Shown: one piece after another, positions 58,057-64,000 of the stretch | Layout of the letters: each line of letters opens with the position of its first letter | Numbering within the stretch: position 1 is the first letter of the stretch | DNA from: Lepidodermella squamata | Lineage: Eukaryota > Animalia > Gastrotricha | Reading direction: 5' to 3' | Length of the DNA: 64,000 nt | NCBI GenBank assembly: GCA_047495785.1 | Contig: JBLDXI010000010.1 | Coordinates: 2,232,001-2,296,000, forward strand | The notes under the pieces: generated by a model | What the model was told of the DNA's origin: nothing | Seen by the model: the letters and a program-made list of their open reading frames with translations, nothing else | Databases searched by the model: none | Translations under genes and position numbers: made by a program

Positions 58057-60452
58057 TCAAGGTCGGCCGGGTGCAGGCATGGTGTTTGAGGGTGCGCCGA
58101 TGGCTGCCGCTGTTGCGCCGTCAAATTGCATGACCTTCGCCGGAGGAACGACAAGCTCCTGATTCACCTTAGCCTGCAAGTATTGATGGAGCAAAATTCG
58201 AAGCTCGTTATTCTGCTGCCGCATTGAATCTGTCTCGCGAATAAGATTCGAGCGAGATTCAAGTTGGGAACTAAAATGAAACAAATTACTAATGAAGGTA
58301 TTGAAACGATGTCAATCTTACTGATATTTATCAAACGCCACGAGAAGGGCGTCCCAAACTTGCTCATCCTTCTGGCCGGGGAAAGATCCAAATTGAGACC
58401 AGAAAGCTGAATCCCGAGCTCGATCTCGCGAGGGATGTTCGTCCAGTGACAGACGGAATTCTGTGTTTTGCTTATGATTCGAAGCACTTGCGGCAGCTGT
58501 TGCCGCCCGATACCGCTGGAACTCATCGATGAAGCCTCGCATGGCTAGAAGCGTACCATTCGGGTGGATGAGTTCGACGTTATCTTCCGCAGTTTGCTCC
58601 TCGAGTTCGCGCTCAGCGTCGTAACTTTCCTCAAAGCCATCATCTACTTCTTTGGCTGGAGGTTGCTCGGCTTCGAGGCCGGCTTGCTCTCCGCCTTCGA
58701 GAAGATCATTCAAACTTTTCTGTTTCATTTGAATGAAATATTTCGCTAGGATTCCGACGTCTTCCTCGTTTTCGATGCGTAAGGCGTGGAAAATAGCGTC
58801 GAGTTTGATCAAATTACGATCGTCCTTATCGAGAGGCGATAATAGCTTTTGCAGCTTCTCTTCAATCAAAAAGCCTGATTCGTCGCATATAAGTTCTAAA
58901 ATGCGTTTAACAGTAGTCGATGTAACTTCAACTTGTTCCGTGCCGTCTAAACCTCCGAGGCGCAGGACTACCTTACCTGCTGCCTCTTCAGTTGGAAGCA
59001 ATCGATTCGTCGCCTCTTTTGCATCTTGCATTACCGATCTAACGATTTCGTTAGCAGACCTTTGCTGCTTCGAAGAACTGGCTTGAGAGAACTCAGGCCG
59101 GCCGAATGCGTCCAAGAAGCTGAGTTCCTTAGGTTGATAAGGCAGGCCGAGTTGCTGTTCACACAAGATTTGCGACATCTCCATGAGCCGCTTCACCAGC
59201 GACTTACATTCCTCTTCGTTCATCAGCCAAACCTCTTTGAATTTCTCATTATCAGCCTGAACAAATTGATTGGCTTTGTGCATTAATTGCTGTAATAAAT
59301 CGCTGATGCGCTGATAGTCAGCTGTCAGTGTCTCATTTTCGTCTTTGAATGATTTCTCCTGCTTTTCTAGCTTTTGCTGTAAGCGATTCAGCGTGTCGTG
59401 TAATTTCGTCAATTTTCGTTTCTGAAGATTGATCGTTACCACATTTTCCTCCTCGCGCTTCTTGAGCACCTGCATGTTATACTCGAGCTTTTCTTGATTC
59501 AGCTGGTAGGTCGCTTTCATGAGCTGCAGTTGCTGCTCAAGCAGCTGGACCTCGCTTTCCAGCTTAGCCTTGACGATATTATAATCTTCCGCATCCTGGC
59601 GCCGCATCACGTCCAGCTGTTGATCGAATTCGTCAACCATAGTTGCGCGTTGCTTCAAGAAATCTTCTTCCATAAGACGCTTCTTGTCGATCGTAGATTT
59701 CCACTCAGCTTCATGCTTATTCAACATATCGGCGCGCTCTGCGTCAAAAGCATGCTCGATTTGAAGCAACTCCTGACGGTAGGTTAGAGCTGCTGTTCTG
59801 AACTGAGTTTCCATACGCTCGACCAAGAGATCAATATCTTGAGCCCATCGCTTAAGATCCCTTGCATACGTCAAATCGCAGTCAGTAAGCTCAGCTCGGA
59901 AGTCAGAAATGAGCTTGTTCTTCTCGTCGATGAGAGAATCGCAGGAAATTTGTTGCTGTTGCAGCATTTTTCGCAGATCATCAGGAATCTCTTTCTGAAG
60001 AGCAGATTCCCATTTACGGGTAATCTCTGCCATTTTATCGTTGCAAGACTTTCGTTCAGACTCAATTTTATCAACGCGTTGTCTGCGGTGCTCATCCTCT
60101 TCAACGCGTCGAGTCGACTCACGAGCATCGGCAGCAATGCGAATGTTTGTAATAATTTCATTGCCATCGGTCGTGAGCTTCACTAAGCGTTGACGACTGA
60201 GATTAATCTGAGTATCACTAGGCCGAATGACAATTTCCTCTTTCTTCTCTTCAATTAGTTCGCCCAAGGCAGCCCTGAGGAGTAAAAAAATTCCTCAGAA
60301 TATAGAGCAATAAGCATTAGTGTGACTTCAACTAACCTCCTGGCTTCTTCAATGCGTCGTTTGATTCGCGCACGGCGAGCAGCAATTCTTTCTTCGGGAT
60401 TATCTGAATCCAAAGAGGGACCAGTGTTCTGTTCCGGTTGATCCTTAGACAT
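58057..60452 (-). CDS. DRC1: Dynein regulatory complex subunit 1 (CCDC164); exons 60452-60337, 60274-58322, about 58270-58057
   Basis: EERIAARRARI; LIDEKNKLI; MKATYQLNQEKLEYNMQVLKKR; LELICDESGFLIEEKL; IKLDAIF; QQNNELRILLHQYL..VNQELVVPP. Confidence 0.92.
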
Positions 60453-60545
60453 TTTCCACTTGGTTTGCGACAAAACAGGCTTGAAATCAGCGATGAGGGA
60501 TGAAAACCTAAGACGACTTTAGGGGAAGCGTCAGCATGTACCGCC

Positions 60546-60558
60546 GTTACTTAGGAAC
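60546..60558. promoter_or_regulatory. RFX X-box-like motif upstream of DRC1
   Basis: GTTACTTAGGAAC imperfect palindrome about 95 nt upstream of the ATG of a ciliary gene. Confidence 0.6.
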
Positions 60559-62988
60559 GACTTTTTGTAATATAGTGCTTCTTTATTATGCATAAATTGC
60601 AATCAAATGTACATGATTATTAAAATTTAAACGTCAAGTTTTATTACAGCGTCGAAATGTTAGCGTCTCCAACGACGCGCGAATTTCGACTCAGCGGCTT
60701 GACAACATCATTCACCTGTGACCGTTGACCGCGCACCTGAGCTGTCTCTTGATCGCCGCTGAACTCAAATGTTAGGCTTTAATTTGCTATTATCAGGTTG
60801 CGCCTCTACTGCCGAATTAGGAGCCACGCCCTGGGGAAAGATTTGACGCGTTTCACGTTAGCTTCCTCCTTTCTCCTTCTTTCGAATCCAAACAACATTT
60901 ACTCTCGGATTTACTCTATTTTATACTCGTATTTACTCTCAGATCAGCCTCTTAGCGCGGCGTTTTATCATGAGCTTTGAGCTTTGCGGAATTTCCCGAT
61001 TGTGAATCATTTATTGTTTGTCTTGAGGAACATGAGTAAGCCTTGATCTATCTCAATAGCGCATCTGTGTTCTTATAGTTGCTTTTAAACAGAAGTTTCA
61101 AGTTTGAATGCTTTCTCTAAATCCGTGAACTCGGAAGCTTGGCGCTAATACCTCGGCCTCTTAAATTCGGATAAGCTTCCAAATATTAGCTTCCCGATAT
61201 ATAGTAGTATAGTAGTAGTAGTACCACCGCCCTCCAATTTATGTTCGCGATCTGCTGCAGCTTCCTTGAAACGTGTTTGGTCATTCTCGATATCGATTCC
61301 AATCGGCGATTCTGTTAGGTATTGTGGGCTGTGGAATATAAATTGCGAGTTACTTCTTAGTATTTGTCATTTGGGTAAATATTTTTAACTACTGATTCAC
61401 AGACTAAGTACTTATCTCTACATTTAGTCATAGAAATGGGCGACAATTTTCTTGACCTGCATCAAAACAAGCTTTCCAGGTTTCAGGGCCTCGGATTTTT
61501 TATTTTAAATGCATTCTTCGGAAGAACTTGGAGAATTAAGCGGCAGCTCCGTCGCGCATTCGATAATAATGTGTATCTAGATGTCATGAAAAATGTTATG
61601 ACTACTTAAACTTGAAGAATAATAAGCCATCAATGAAGAAATTGCTCTCAGCTAAGTAATTTCACAGCATTGTCGCATCAACTCTCCTTTTATTTGCCTG
61701 AATTCACGCACCGGTACGATTAAATGGTCATTAAGCCGTTTGACTGCCCAACTCCGCCCGTTTGAAAGACAGACCGACAACGTCCACCGGTTAACACCGT
61801 AGCTCCCGTTGTAGTCAAAATTAGCGTAGAGGCGATATCTTTCATTATCGCTAATACTTGCTAAAATGTGAGTGTACTAGTGATTCTACCGCTGAAATGG
61901 TTGAAATGAATTCTTGTCTTGAAAACATTGTCGCTGATTCTGGAAATCCGGTAAATTTTTATTTTGCAAGATGTTTGTAAACGCTAAAATAGCTACCAAC
62001 GCTTGGTTTTCATGTCCATATAACTTCTTTGATGTTTGCTTGCCAGCATCTTGCAATGCTGGATCACTCCTATGTACTCGACATATCGGTGCAATCAGTG
62101 AGGCAATAATTTATACCCTAATCCACGTCGGCCTATCGACTGAGTCGCAGAAATGCATTTCTATTTAGTCTTATCATTCAGATTCTTTTAGTTGGCTATT
62201 TAATGAAAATTGACCCCACTTCAGTGCGTGGCCGTTAATCCTGAATGATATGAGCGCGTCGGGCAAGTGCTTAATTGCCGTTTTTAAATGGCCATTAAGC
62301 CTGGCTGAAAAACGTGTCAAAAAGCCAATTAAAACACGCGATCAGCGCACGTACGTAAAATATTAATGCAAGAATTTTTCTGCCCCGTCTAGAACTACTA
62401 CTTGTTATACTAAAACGAATGAATGAACGATTTTGGCCATCTTCCTCAGCCGCAAAAGGTAAGACGAAGGCGAAAAAACCGAGTTAATATTGATAAGTCA
62501 AGTCACTTGCGTTGTTTACAGCGGCGGCGGTTACGTTAGACTACGCTGTTCGTAATTATTTATTATACATCGTTCGCTTGGCCTGCTAAGTTGAAAGCAT
62601 AGCAGCTGCGGGCAACACTCCGCGCATTGTTGCATTAAACGGGCGGGCGGGGCGTGTCCTCGAAAAATAAACAACAAGATCAATAGCCTGCGTGCGCATT
62701 CATATACATACAGACATATCTATATGTAATAATGCATAAATGCGTTGCACATTTCATCGAAATGCCGATGAGTTCGTTTTGTCTTGAGTCCTCCCGTTGT
62801 TGTAATCGGAAAAATTAACACACGTGTTGCGACGACTCGATGAATTCGGTTAGTTTTAGGGTTTCTTCATTCAGTAATAAAATTATGCATAGCTGCTTTG
62901 TTTACTCGGCGCTAATTTACTAGTTTTCGGTCGAGCTTTGATTAGAGTTGAGAGGCTAAAGCTTTGTCTTGTTATTTCACGACAGTGC

Positions 62989-63814
62989 ATGTCGCCAAGC
63001 CGGCTGCAGTTTATTCTCGATGAAATTCGCTGTTTGAATGCGTCTGTTTCTGAACTGAGCCAAGAAAAGGAGAAGCTGACGGAGAACATTCTTAACGAGC
63101 TCAAAACGTAAGTCTATTTTGATATTTTGTACAAATTATTCATATAATTTCCCGTGAAACAACTCACCGCCAACTTTGAAATATTTTCTAATCTTTCCTA
63201 TAATTTTTTTTACTCGGCGGTCTTATCAGAATAATTATAGAGTCTTATACAGGATTTTTAGATCTTGATTGATTTTTCTCCATTTTCAACAAACTGTTAT
63301 TAATTTCACATTCATCTGGAAAATGTTAAAATTTCCTCAACAAAAGTCTTTTCTCATTCTGCTATGACATATTATTTAAATTTTTTTTATTCGAAATTGC
63401 CAATTTTCTTCAAAGCCTGGCAAAATTAGTGAATTTTCTGGTTTCAAACTGAAATTCTAGTGAAATTCTAGGAGAATTAAAAATTTATCACTGCTTGCAA
63501 ATTTCATTTAGAAATTTGAAAAATGTGAAATTTCTGAATTTTGAAGACTTGGAAAGCTATCAAGGGAAATTTTCAAATAAGTCATATTTTATTTGAAAAT
63601 TAAACAATAATTTATAACCTGCGGTGAATTCCTTTTCGAAACTATTAAAAGTATTTCTGTGGTCCACAATTTTTAATTCAAACTGTGCATTTCTACTTTC
63701 GAATTACGTTTCCGTTCGAAAAGTTCTTCGTCATTTGACCAAGTCTCGTCGTCGTCGAATTCGACCCACGGCGGCAGTAGTGTAGTAACGCAAATCCCCC
63801 TCATCAACAGCCAG
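62989..63814 (+). CDS. Possible 5' exons of a gene or pseudogene (62989-63107, 63724-63814)
   Basis: MSPSRLQFILDEIRCLNASVSELSQEKEKLTENILNELK|gtaagt joins in phase to a Ser-rich exon ending cag|gtaaaa. Confidence 0.35.
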
Positions 63815-64000
63815 GTAAAAAAATGAGAAAAACTAAGAAAAAACCGCTTCATTATCGCTATGAAAAGTTCACCTTGCACGCATATTTTTTAATCGCACTG
63901 CCTGGAGATGGAAAAAATATCACCGGTTTATTGTCCCTTGAGGAATCAAGTGCACTTACGAATCCTTGCTTGATTTCAATTTGTGGTTTATGAGCTTGAG

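Noticed and set aside
58564-60186. + strand Leu/Phe-rich ORFs
   Set aside because: Antisense shadows of the Glu/Lys/Gln-rich DRC1 coding sequence.
1-64000. Prokaryotic operons, CRISPR arrays or bacterial contamination
   Set aside because: Spliceosomal introns, U1 snRNA and metazoan genes occur throughout; the microbial-looking genes carry introns or sit among host genes.

Overview
Eukaryotic, intron-rich DNA from a metazoan invertebrate with motile cilia or flagella (DRC1 is present); many introns are 40-60 nt GT-AG. I rebuilt gene models by hand from splice sites and reading phase. Left to right: (1) a large mosaic gene, catalytically dead astacin + EGF + CUB + kringle + an unfamiliar Cys-rich repeat + two C-type lectin domains, running off the left edge; (2) two tandem MAPEG/TMEM79-like genes; (3) ornithine decarboxylase with a spliced leader carrying an in-frame N-terminal extension and an overlapping out-of-frame uORF ending LPPSVC*; (4) a LITAF-domain gene; (5) a second dead-astacin paralog; (6) a 5-exon gene fusing a SAP DNA-binding motif to a Cys/His domain resembling prokaryotic pRiA4b-ORF3/MM3350-like proteins; its intron 2 holds a complete 4.9-kb Foldback/NOF-type Mutator transposon (about 280-bp TIRs, perfect 9-bp TSD) whose spliced transposase ends in an intact OTU deubiquitinase domain; (7) four tandem GABA-B-like class C GPCRs with homogenised Venus-flytrap domains but divergent 7TM domains, one frameshifted; (8) a coiled-coil gene; (9) U1 snRNA with an atypical Sm site next to tRNA-iMet; (10) a cluster of small genes of microbial-looking families (PAN, PAN-CAP, Cys-rich peptide, beta-trefoil), two with broken splice sites; (11) DRC1 with an RFX X-box. 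Several MITEs and palindromes lie in introns and intergenic DNA. Family assignments come from motif recognition only; no database search was run.
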